DNA of 64,000 bases from Octopus sinensis (lineage: Eukaryota): assembly GCF_006345805.1 (NCBI RefSeq), contig NW_021832126.1:426910-490909 (forward strand), given 5' to 3'. The notes under the pieces were generated by a model, which made no database searches, was not told the DNA's origin, and saw only the letters and a list, made by a program, of their open reading frames with translations. Of the stretch, positions 48,617-59,833 are shown in pieces; position 1 is the first letter of the stretch; every line of letters begins with the position of its first letter. The translations under genes and the position numbers were made by a program.

Positions 48617-50849
48617 ATGTCGTGTGAGTACGTTTCTGATATTTCAGTCGGTGATTTTGTAACTGAAAAATATCTAAAGGTTGTCTATCTTGTAAACACT
48701 TTCAGTGCAAAATTATTAGCAACCCGAACGAAACAGTTTATAATAAAGGAAAGAACTCATTTTTAAGATTCTTCGCATCAACAGATATACATGAAACTGA
48801 AATAATTGTCGAAATATTTGCACTGGGTGAAATTATTTCCCATATTAAGTCCACTTCCATTAACGTATTTTCATTTCTTCATCCTTAGACTGAGGTTGCC
48901 TTACGCGGATTCCGTGTTCAAAAACCCGACCCTCATGGACTATTTGGTCTTAGAAAGGCTCAGTACCGACTGATTCTCAAAGACATCGAACATTTTGACG
49001 TATCCACAAATTATGCAAAGGCAGATCAAAGTCCTCGAAGAGCCCCCATCGGACACGAGTCTTTCGAATATTAAGCCTCCTAACACGCGGTATACTCCCC
49101 TCTGCAGTCTCCGCTCGGGTGAGGTTTATGACGTCATCGCAATTGTTCGTTATTTTCGTCCTCCGCGTAAGTCTGCTCGAGGACCTGGTTTGATGTGATG
49201 CTTATTTGTTGATTTTTTTTGTGTTCTCACGATTACCGATCCTTCGTGTGCTGAAGCAGAACATGATAAACTTGTTTGTATGTTTTTTTCCCGTCAAGTG
49301 TCCCAATTACCTGCAGAACTTGTTTTGGGCGACGTTGTGCGAATTCACCGCCTTAAGGTTTTCATTTCTCTGGTTGTAAGGCAGATTGTCACTCACGGAG
49401 GCAAACTTCAAGGACAAAGTCGTCCAGGGATGGCCTGGCTTACCTTCAGTCGCGAACGCTCTTACAAAATACACGATGCCAGTAGTGACAACTTCCAGGC
49501 TCCCGAAGAAGAGGAACTCGCCTATGTGCGTGCTTTGGGTCTCTGGTTTGGAAGCCATTCTGATATGGACGAGGTGGAGAATACTAATCCACCAATCACA
49601 GAAGGGAGGCTTCAGGTGGGTGTCCAGACTGAAGGGAATTCTGAGAATCTGTGTAAGTATTCTCATACGGAGGTGACTCTGGAATGCTTTCCTAGCCACA
49701 ACAACGTCGGATTGCAGAGTTTTTGTTTTTCTGTTAATGAGGAATCTGACTTAACTGAGTGTTTGACGTTTTCCAAGTTACATTTACACACTAAATCGCC
49801 AATCTATTGTCAGGTGGTCTTGGTTAATGAGTCAAGTTGGTCGGACTCGCTCGGCATTCCTTCACGTCAGAGGTTGTTCTCTTTGTTCGAGACGGCACTA
49901 TTCACCCTCCAGGGTATTGTCAGTTGTTTATTCTAAGGAAACATTCCCGCACAATAAACAAGTGGGATACGCGCATGCATGTCTGGTTCAGTGACGTTTT
50001 CGAATGTTCTGATGATATCGTTGAGGTCTTCGCGGATCACAGTTTTCTGCCTCAGGGATTTGAGATTGGAGACTATCTTTTATTAGCGGGACTATCTTTC
50101 GAGTTGTCTCCGACGTTTTTTCCAACTTTGTATCTGCGGGGGAGGTTGTATAATGGTCCTAATGGGCAGTGTCCGGCTGATCTCGGATAAGACCCACGAT
50201 TGCATTTCCATTATACAAAAACGGATTCACGAGCGGGCTCTCTCGTCCTCAAAGAGGAAGCCTTTTATACGCTCTCGAATCACTCCTTGTTTTGTATCCT
50301 CCGCTTCTCGATCGGCTGGAAATGAGAATTGGGTTTCTCGGGAGGGTTCTGATTCTGAAAAATGTCCTCCTGGTCTGTTTAATATTCGGCGACACCCCTT
50401 TGACAGCCCTTTTTATGTTGCTTTTGTGCGGGTTCTCGATTTCTGGCCTAGATCGCCTGCTGATATGTTCAGAAATAGTTGCTTTTGTTGTCGAGGCAGT
50501 CCCACTGTTTGTTTTGATACATGGAAGTTCGACGTGGGCAAGACAGTTCCCAAGCAGAGTACAAGAGTCTGTGAAAGTTGCAATGAAGCAAGCAACTCAT
50601 TTTTTGTTAGTCTTGTGATCTCTGATTTCTGCGATTGGCTAGTTATAGAGCTGGAAGACTTTTCTATGGTATCCTGGTTCGCTGATTTTACAGTTGTTTT
50701 CAACATTGCCTAATGACCACATTGCGTCGGCATGTGTCGCACAATTGGAGTCACTTCTCTGCATTGAGACTGTCGAAATTAAGTTTTCTGTTATTCGATC
50801 GAGTGGGCCCATTCGTTTTACTTTGGATGAAATTAGATGTCATTTTTGA
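48617..50849 (+). CDS. POT1: Protection of telomeres 1 with an extra N-terminal segment of about 110 aa
   Basis: OB1 YTPLCSL...DVIAIVRYFRPPRKS...TITDPS...GDVVRIHRLK; C-terminal RVLDFWP...C..C motifs; three upstream exons join in phase 0 through 24-26 nt introns. Confidence 0.85.
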
Positions 50850-51217
50850 CTTTTATTGTTTTACAATTTATTTAGCTTTTCTCCTGTATTATATGGCGTC
50901 TTTTGTTAATCGGTGAATAGTTAGAATTTGTACTAGCTTCGGGATATCGTCATTCAGACAGTCGTTATTTAAACTTTGGCAATAATTTATTTCGATCACC
51001 TCTAGATTGTTGCTATTCAGCCAGTTAGGGTACAAATTAATTGGGAGTTGAAGGTGTAAGGTCACCATGGAACCCTAACTTTTGTAATAAGAATCTCGAT
51101 TCCGATATTTTTAGTCGTTGAAATAGTCGTTAGTTTTAATGAGGTCGCAGTTTTTAATATTAATGGTGGCATGAGTTAAGTAAAATAGTTTTTTAAGACG
51201 ATATTTTCTGGTTTATT

Positions 51218-53204
51218 TTATTTTTTTTTGAAAAAGGGAATTCATTATCAAAAACAGGGAATAAGTTATTCACGGATTTATAAAGAGCCTGGAGGTCAGC
51301 TCAAAGTCGCCACACTGCGTATCGAGTGGCAGTTTCCGCAGAGCACCGCGACCGAGATTCACTGGAAGAGCCAGCTCGTCTCCCTCCGGTCGTTGGTTTT
51401 CCTGGCAATTCTCCTGGCAATGTCGGCAAGAAGGCGAGTCGCAGACCTGCCGACGATTCCAGATGTTTCAAAGGCGAGGGGGACAAACTCGTAAGAGTCC
51501 GAAATATTTCCATACTTCGACCTCTTAGCCTCCTCAGCCTGAGCACTGGCAGAACCCGGGTTAGTGATGGACTTGAGTAACACCGTCGCGGAGAACGAGT
51601 CAACACAAGTTGCATCCCAAATCAGGAACTTGCCTTCCCTGAAAGAGAAGGTAGTCATCCCGTCAGGACGCTTTCCATCACTCCGACAGAGACCGACTGG
51701 CTTTAGAGTGGAGGGGAAACCTGCCGACTCTAGTGCCCTTTTCACGACGTCATTGAGGTGAGTGTGGCGAGGAATTCTGCCAGCACTCTTCTTGCACGAG
51801 AGGGCGTGCAAACCGCTCGGAGAGATCGTGGGGCTGACAGATGTCCAGGCCCAAGCGCAAGCAAACACCAATCCTTAAGGATTCGTCGTCCAAGAGTAGT
51901 CCCGTACTAGGGGTAGGGAGTGCATTGAGCCAATCTCCCGTATGCGGCTGGCAAGCGCAGTTTAGAAATGCAAGTTGGACTTGGTCCAACTTTGACCAGA
52001 GTTTGCAAAGAGTGTCTGAGCAAAAGATTTCGTCCCAGTTCTTTTGAGCTGAAGGGATCGTCGGAAAATCCAGACCGAGTGACAACCAAATGCGGGAGGC
52101 TGTTGAGAATTCGGAAAGCTCGTTAAGTTCGAGAGAGGGAAAAAGAACCGAGCAGACCGAATTCCTGGATGCCGAGGTCGAAGAGAGATAGCAAGGCAAG
52201 ACTAGGTCCTTGCAGGAGCGAATCCCGATCCCCCCGAAACGTATAGGTAGGCACGCACGGGTAAGACCGACGCCAGTGACTCTCGAATTAAGATGGAATA
52301 TCAGAGAGGTGTGGATAAGATTGTCGATTGCAAGTAAGGAATCGGGAGCCACGAAACAAGGCGAAGAACGGAGGATGTATGTAAGCCTCGGGATAAAAAG
52401 GAAATTCCTCAGCAAGAAAAAGGCCATGTGCGAATCAAGCCCGCGGATCCGCTCGGTAAGCAGCTTGATTTCTTCCAATTTAGACGATAAGCTCTTTAAG
52501 ATTCCATGTTCGGAAATTGGTGACCCCAGAATAACTAGGTCGTTGGTAGGTGTGAGCCTTAGTCCTGCAATCAGACCGCGTAGGGAAGAAAATGTGTGAG
52601 AAAGAGCCCCCGAGGATAGCGAAATATTTACGAGTTCGCACTTACGACCATTTAAAGATATACCGATCTCCGCGAAACCAGACGTGATTTTGTTAATGTC
52701 ATCCATAACGACATCCAAAGGTCCTCCAAAAGTAACATCGTCCAGGTACCAAAAATTGACATTGGACGCAAGGTTGCGTGCAATATGGTCAACAGAGAGG
52801 GCAAACAGCAATGGCCCCAAAGGGTCACCCTGCTGGATACCGCATTTGGACATGATTGTTTCGCCATGAAACAGGAGGCAGCTTGGAGAAGAATATGCAA
52901 GGTTTACGATTGGCCAGAGCTCTGGGCACCGTTTTGAGACCACCTCGAGCATGTGGTCACGACGGACACAATTGAAAGCATTACTGACATCCAGTTTGAC
53001 AATAAACTCACAGTCGTTGGGTTTAGAATGTAGGAGTTGTCGGGTACCGTGCGCTAGGATTTCGCAGGCACCATTAACGCCAACACCGTACTGGTAGGGT
53101 AAGAACTCCGAACTCAGAGTTGAAACCACCCTGAATGACATGATTTTGGCTGAGAGCCTTCTGAAGACGTTGCCGATAGCAATCGGTCTCACACCGCCCT
53201 CGGC
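51218..53204 (-). mobile_element. 5'-truncated CRE element (RT to RLE)
   Basis: EGGVRPIAIG, QQGDPLGP, WYLDD, KRPDG, LIWDATC; A-rich tail; 14-bp TSD ttttctggtttatt at 51204-51217 and 53205-53218. Confidence 0.92.
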
Positions 53205-53310
53205 TTTTCTGGTTTATTCTTCAATAAGCTATTTATTACATGTAATATGAAAAAGTTCATAAGTAGTTTATTCTAACATGAAAATAGTGAGTAGTTTTTA
53301 AGTTCATTTT

Positions 53311-55601
53311 TCATTGCTGAGGATATTTTCTTCTGGCTGGTCCTGTCCATCAACTTAATCATAATTTCCGGAGTTCTCTCTTCAACTGACAGTCTTTCCT
53401 TATATTGCATCATTGCATCCAACATGGCGTCTTTTAATCTTGGATCCTTTTTCCCGCTGTAAAGAAATTATATTTATTAAAATACATGGAACTGTACATT
53501 TCGCATTGAGCGTCGTCCAATTTTAGTTTTGGTATCAGACTTTTAAATTGCTTAAAAGTCAGCAGGGATGCAGCCATGGTCACAAAGGTGTCAAATAATG
53601 AATCTACTGTCACCCAATCCAAAATACCAGAACGGACGCTAAGTACCTCGAGGTGTCGAAGCACAGTTTGGGTATCAAACTCTTCCACAAACTCCATTGG
53701 AGGTGATCTCAGACAATTTCCAAGGAAATTACAATGTTTTAGTTTTGTCAACTGCCATAGTTGACACGGGAGAAAAGTCAGCCTGTTATTAGCTGCATCG
53801 ATTGTCTGGCAATTAATGCTAATAAGTAGAACATTCAGTTTTGATGCACATGCTATATATGACGGTAGTTCTACTAATTTGTTGTTGTTTATCTTCAGTT
53901 TCTGAAGATTTGTGATCCACTTGGACTTTTCGGGGAAAAATTGGATATTATTGTGACTCAGATCTAACTCTGAAAGCGAAAGCAGAGTATCTTCATTAAT
54001 TTTAAATTCCGAGATCTCCAGTCAAATATAATTTTTTACCTTTATCCCATTTTCTTGACTAAATATTAAAGTGCATATTTTTTTGAGAACTGTAAGAATG
54101 GCAGGAAATTCCTTGAAGGAGTTATTGGCCATGTTTACTTCTTGTAAACTTCCGAGCTCAGAAAAAGTTTCAGGCAAATCTTGGATCCTATTTGTTACAA
54201 GAGATAGGATCTGAAATCATTAGAGACTACAACTTTAAGCTTTGTGTACTGCTTGATGTTTGTTGGTAGTGACGAAATAAAATTGTTGTTTGCGCTTAAA
54301 ATTTCCAAATTGTGGGAAAAATTGTATGAACTGAGGAACTCCAAATTGTCCAAATTACAATTGTCAACTACGAGTTCGCGGAGCATTGAAAACTTGGCCA
54401 ACTTGAATGACAAGGATTAATAAACCTCGATTGAAGTCTGTTTCAGATTAACTCCGGTCAGGTTAAGGTGAGTCAGTGAAGTGAGAAATGCGAGCGGGTC
54501 TTCGATTTTTTGAAGATTGTTTCCCGACAAATTGACATCCTGCAACCTGTGCAATGAAGCGAGGCAGTAGTGAAGATTTGTAAATCTGTGAGATTTAAAG
54601 TAGAAAGTACATGTTTGTTGAAAGGTTTAGTTTCCTCAAGTCCTCTAGAGCAGTGATTTCAATGGGGAGATTTTTGACTGCGTTGTTGGAAAGATTTATT
54701 TCCTGAAGTGACGGACAAAAAAACATATTTTCATCCAATTCGCGAATCCTGTTCGATGACATATTGAGAACCTGTTAATATGATTTTGAATCCAAACATA
54801 CTCGCAAGTTAGTCAAAAATTTAATGTGAGATGGAACATTTTCAATCATGTTTTCACTGAGATTCAAACTAAACAAATTGAGAAGGCCTCGTATGGCAGA
54901 GGGGAACTGCTTCAGCCCGCAATTTGCAAAATTCAATGTCTATAGTTTTCAATAATCAACTTCTACCTGTAAATGTTTAAGATACCTAAAATTTTCTGGA
55001 ATTGAATCGCCGATGTTGTTGTTTCTTAAATTCAAGTTCTCCAGGAGAGTAAAACTCAGCACCTAACGTGAACAGAGAATAATACATTTTCTGGGAATAA
55101 GCTCAACTTATTGCTGGAAATGTCTAACGATTTAATTTGACAGTTTTTTTCTGATGCAGAAAACTCGTCAATTTCGTTGTTTTTCAAAGACAATTTCAAT
55201 AATTTCGGAAAGCAACGCAAAAACAAATTGGGAAATGTGCTCAGTTTGTTAGAATCGAGTAGAATAGTCTCCACGTTTGGCATAATTGGTAGTTCTTGAG
55301 GTATTGTCCAAATGTTGTTGAATTTAAGTGAAACGTATTTCAGACAAGGCAGTATTGTCATGATAGACGGGAATTCTTTGAGATTACACTTATCAAGTGT
55401 TATCCAAGTAACATTATAGGACAAAAGAAGAGCTTGAAATTGCGTATCATCGAGACTGATCCTGGATAAGTCGATGTGAATCATTCCCGATCTACTGACA
55501 CTTTGACGTTTCTGAGATTTTCCGCTGTGACGCAGAACGCATTTGAGTTTATTTTCCTGTAGATGTTGATCTTTGGTTGATTTATCGCTGTGATTTTCCA
55601 T
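53311..55601 (-). CDS. Leucine-rich repeat protein (multi-exon; start uncertain)
   Basis: Many LxxLxLxxNxL repeats (LKYVSLKFNNI, LLKLSLKNNEI, LEILSANNNFI) separated by micro-introns; inferred end ...GPARRKYPQQ*. Confidence 0.8.
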
Positions 55602-56251
55602 GTGAAAGTCCAGTCAAATCCAAACACGTAGAGAAACAATATTTTAGCCTTGGAAACTCAATTAAGAATACAATATTATACTTTGATTTTTATTGTTGAA
55701 TAAAAGTATATTTAATTGACCAACAAATACCAAACTCTCGCAACAAACATCTTTTGCCCTGTCACATTCAAAACCACGGGGAACGGTTTCTCCGTAAAAA
55801 AAGTCGATTGGTTCTACGCACGTGGAGAACTCGCATATTGATTTTCTGATTTTCATAGTATGACTCAAATCTTAAGACGAAGATTATGAATCCTCAGTTG
55901 GCAATGGTTGGAAGGGTGTTGAGGAGGTCGATTTTTATAGTAAAACTCAAATATTCAGACTACGATTATAAATCCTTAGTTTGAGATATTTAGAAGAATG
56001 TCAAACAAGTTAATATAGTCGACAATAAAGGGTTGCAATTCGAAGTTCGTACCTATAAATTTGATTTTTGCTGTTACAATTTGAAGTTTGTAATAGTCAA
56101 ATTGAGTTGAAAATGGTATAGTTTTGATAATCAAAATCTGGTTTATAAAGAGGGGTTTTTCTTGACATCGGCATCATAAAATTTGACTCTATCTTAAGTC
56201 AATCACGAACTTTTGAAAGTTCATCACCATGCATTCTAAAGGTTTTAAACA

Positions 56252-58110
56252 GTGAGGGACTTTACAGAGTTTTCACACTCGGCTTATAACGACTGTATTC
56301 TTGCTAAATTGGACATGAAAAATGCCTTTAATTGCATCGACCGCTCATACTTCCTTAAAGAATGCAGCAAACATAACATTCCATTACTCCCGATAGCCAG
56401 CATGTGCTACGGTTGCACACCTGAACTAATGATAGACGGACACACGATCTTGTCCTCCTCTGGGGTCCAACAAGGTGACCCCCTTGGTCCATTACTCTTC
56501 TCCATGGGCGTTAACCCAACAGCACACGCCGTAAAATCACCGCTCAACGTTTGGTATCTGGATGACATTACTATTGGTGGTCCTGCTCACCAAGTCATCT
56601 TGGATATCGAATCAATCGCTGTAAGTCTGAACAAAATTGGATTACAGTTGAACCCTTCAAAATGTGAGATCATAAACCTCAACTCCAACGAGGAAGATTT
56701 CGCGACTATAGTGGAAAAATATAGATAGAAAACGTGTACACGTTGTTGTTGTTGTGGTGTAATTCTTTTCAATTTATCTGTTATTTTTCATATCTTTTGT
56801 ACAATTTAATACATTATCGAGTTGTCTTAGTTGTTACTATTTCTTTCGTCGGTATTTCTGTTATCTTTCTTAATACTTCTTTCCTATTTTTACATGTCAT
56901 CCCTTTTCCATGATCCATTACCATGTGGTAAATGCAGTAAAATTAACTGCCGCAAAAACGGCATTTACTGCGCCAAATGCCATGCTTACTTCCATATTGG
57001 ATGTCTCAAGATTTCGAAGAAATCTGCTTCCAGCATCCCAATATGGCACTGTAACTCTTGCCTGGCAGCTGCCTCATTCCACGACACACCCACATTGTTT
57101 GAGAGTTCCCATGATCAATCTCCCAATATACTAACTTCATCGAACGCAATACTATCCTATCTATCAAGATATCGTCATTCGAGAAGCATCCCTATCCGTT
57201 TACCGAAACCAGCTCGTCCAGCAGCTGCGGAGGCCTTGTCTCATCTGATATCCAGAGCTATGTCCTCAAACAGGGACGAGGATTGGGCAAAAGCGTTCTG
57301 CTTCCCCCTTTTCGGACTTGGCCTGACCCGTGGAGATAAATTGCCCGGGAATTTTACTTCCAAACTTAAAAGATCTATTTCTTCTTACCTCCCCTTTTCC
57401 ATCGACACATTAATATCTCAGGAAAGCCACTCACTGTCAAAACCAAGACTAAACCACAACGAAAACCTACGCAAGAGAGTACGTTCCAAGTTAATGTCGG
57501 GCGACTTCTCGGCCGCCTTGAGAATAATTTCCTCAGACGATAAAATTGCGAGGGTTGACGAACAAACAATACAGTCCCTCCTAGCAAAACATCCCACCCC
57601 ATCTTCCCCTACAACAGTACCAACTCCAAGCCCGGATCATGATTTTGTGCATGTCGATAAAGACGAAGTGTTGAGAGCCCTGAAGTCTTTTCGCCCTAGT
57701 AGCAGCGGTGGAATCGATGGCCTCCGTCCAAGTCATATCATGGATCTGGTCTCCTCTTCAGCCGGAGAACGTCTTTTGACGGATATTTGTGGTCTAATGA
57801 ACGCATTCCTCGAAGGGTCTCTGTCTGATTTCCCACGCTCCCTTTTTCTCTCGGGTAACCTGACCGCGCTGAATAAAAAGGACGGTGGAATCCGTCCCAT
57901 ATCCGTCGGTAATGTTTTCAGGAGACTGGCGGCTAAGATCGCTTGCGCCAGGTCTTCACATCTGTTTCCGAAAATTTTCTATAACATACAGATGGGTGTC
58001 GGTGTTAAAGGTGGCTGCGAAGCCACTGTCCACGCCGTGAGGGATTTTACAGAGTTTTCACACTCTGCTTATAACGACTGTATTCTTGCTAAATTGGACA
58101 TGAAAAATGC
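56252..58110 (+). mobile_element. Circularly permuted 5' portion of a PHD-CRE element
   Basis: RT middle (56252-56720) lies upstream of ATG-PHD-RT start (56894-58110); 74-bp terminal direct repeat at 56252-56325 and 58037-58110 with 2 mismatches. Confidence 0.85.
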
Positions 58111-58324
58111 TTATAATAAGATTGTTTGAAGTTTATCGATAAATTGATAGATTAACATTAATTGAAGGTCAGTGTAACGCGCATCCCATACGTATCATTT
58201 GGCCCATGTCAGATAATAGCCAGAATCCAAGGACTATTGCCTTCTTTATTAAATTACAAAGACGTAACATTTTAATTTTTTCGTTTGATATAAATGAGTC
58301 ATGATTTTTTTTCAAATATTTTAA

Positions 58325-58700
58325 AATTAACTTGGAAATCCCATAAAGAATTTGGAAATTCCCACTTTGAACTTGGAAATCCCATATTGAATTTGGAAAT
58401 TTCCATATTAAACTTAAAAATCTCACTTTGAACTTGGAAATCCCATATTGAATTTGGAAATTTCCATATTAAACTTAAAAATCTCACTTTGAACTTGGAA
58501 ATCCCATATTGAATTTGGAAATTCCCACTTTGAACTTGGTAATCCCATATTGAATTTGGAAATTCCCACTTTGAACTTGGAAATCCCACTTTGAACTTGG
58601 AAATCTTATATTGAATTTGGAAATTTCCATATTGAATTTGGAAATTTGTGAAACATGGAAATTTCCAAGTTCAATATGGAAATTTCCAAATTCAATATAC
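58325..58700. repeat. Minisatellite of about 21 bp with a terminal fold-back arm
   Basis: Unit ttgaa(c/t)ttggaaat(t/c)ccata; about 45 bp of inverted units at 58655-58700. Confidence 0.85.
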
Positions 58701-58819
58701 TGAGACTATACTAAAAATTTTTTAAAAATAAAATTTACAAAATCGGCATAGTTCAATTTTTTAAATTTTTGATCTAATATTCATAAAAATTTTCATTAAT
58801 TCATTTAGTGCCTATTTTC

Positions 58820-59050
58820 GTGCAGGATGAAATGCAACAGTACCGAACAGGCTTTACGAATGCATTATAAAACCTTGATCTGAGAGCCCGATTTATCGGC
58901 CAAGCTTGGAGCCATTTTTTACGTATTCTGCTCAGAGCCGCGGTAGCAAGCATCTTTCTACGAGAAATGTCACTATCTCCAAGTAGGGAGCCGAGTTTGT
59001 TGGCATTCCTCCATGTTTCGCCAATTCTGGTGTCCATTCGTTTTATCTCC
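58820..59050 (-). mobile_element. RTE-like LINE fragment, same family as 10085-10700
   Basis: Over 90% nucleotide identity by eye to 10545-10660. Confidence 0.8.
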
Positions 59051-59225
59051 GTCGATTCAGTTTTGGAAGTGTTAATTATTAGGAACCATTTGTTAAGTAC
59101 CCGTGGGGAATTGTTTATTAGATATTATAAAATTAAGTTGTAATATTTTTCTAATAATTTTTTAAATATATATTAAAATTATTTTAATAAATTTTGTTTC
59201 CTTTGTTGTTGTTGTACTTTTTTAA

Positions 59226-59833
59226 ATGCAATTTCAATTTAGCTCAATAGATAACACAACAGGCTGATTGTTTTTTAATTACGTTGTTAGGTTATACGCA
59301 GGAAGAATTATTGAAAATGAGTGATACATTTCATCTTGGCTCAAGAGAAAACACAACAGGCTGATTGTTTTTTAATTACGCTGTTAGATCTTACGCGGGA
59401 AGAATTTTTGAAAAATATTGATACATTTTATCTTGGCTCAAGAGAAAACACAACAGGCTGATTGTTTTTTAATTACGCTGTTAGATTATGAGCGGGAAGA
59501 ATTCTTGGAAAATATTGTTACATTTCATCTTAGCTCAAGAGAAAACAAAACAGGCTGATTGTTTTTTAATTACGCTGTTAGGTTATACGCTTAAAGAATT
59601 AGTGAAAATTCATGATAAATTGATTTCTCCGCGATGTAAGTTCACATTTTCCAGTCCTGAAATTCAACATCTGCTGTCACCTAGCGACAAAGAGTATATA
59701 AAAAATAACAACCTTCTCCACGAGAGAGTCACAGCAGCATCATTCGGAATTGAAGAGTGTGGAAGATGCGTATATTGTGGCAGGCTCATTCGAAATGCTT
59801 CCGCAAGTACAGTTGTACTTTGTAAGGATTATC
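59226..59833 (+). CDS. Unknown gene with four 97-bp exon plus GC-AG intron repeats, truncated by the duplication breakpoint
   Basis: ATG at 59226; 28-nt gctgattg...tgttag spacers; 69-nt open exons encoding 23-aa repeats. Confidence 0.65.
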
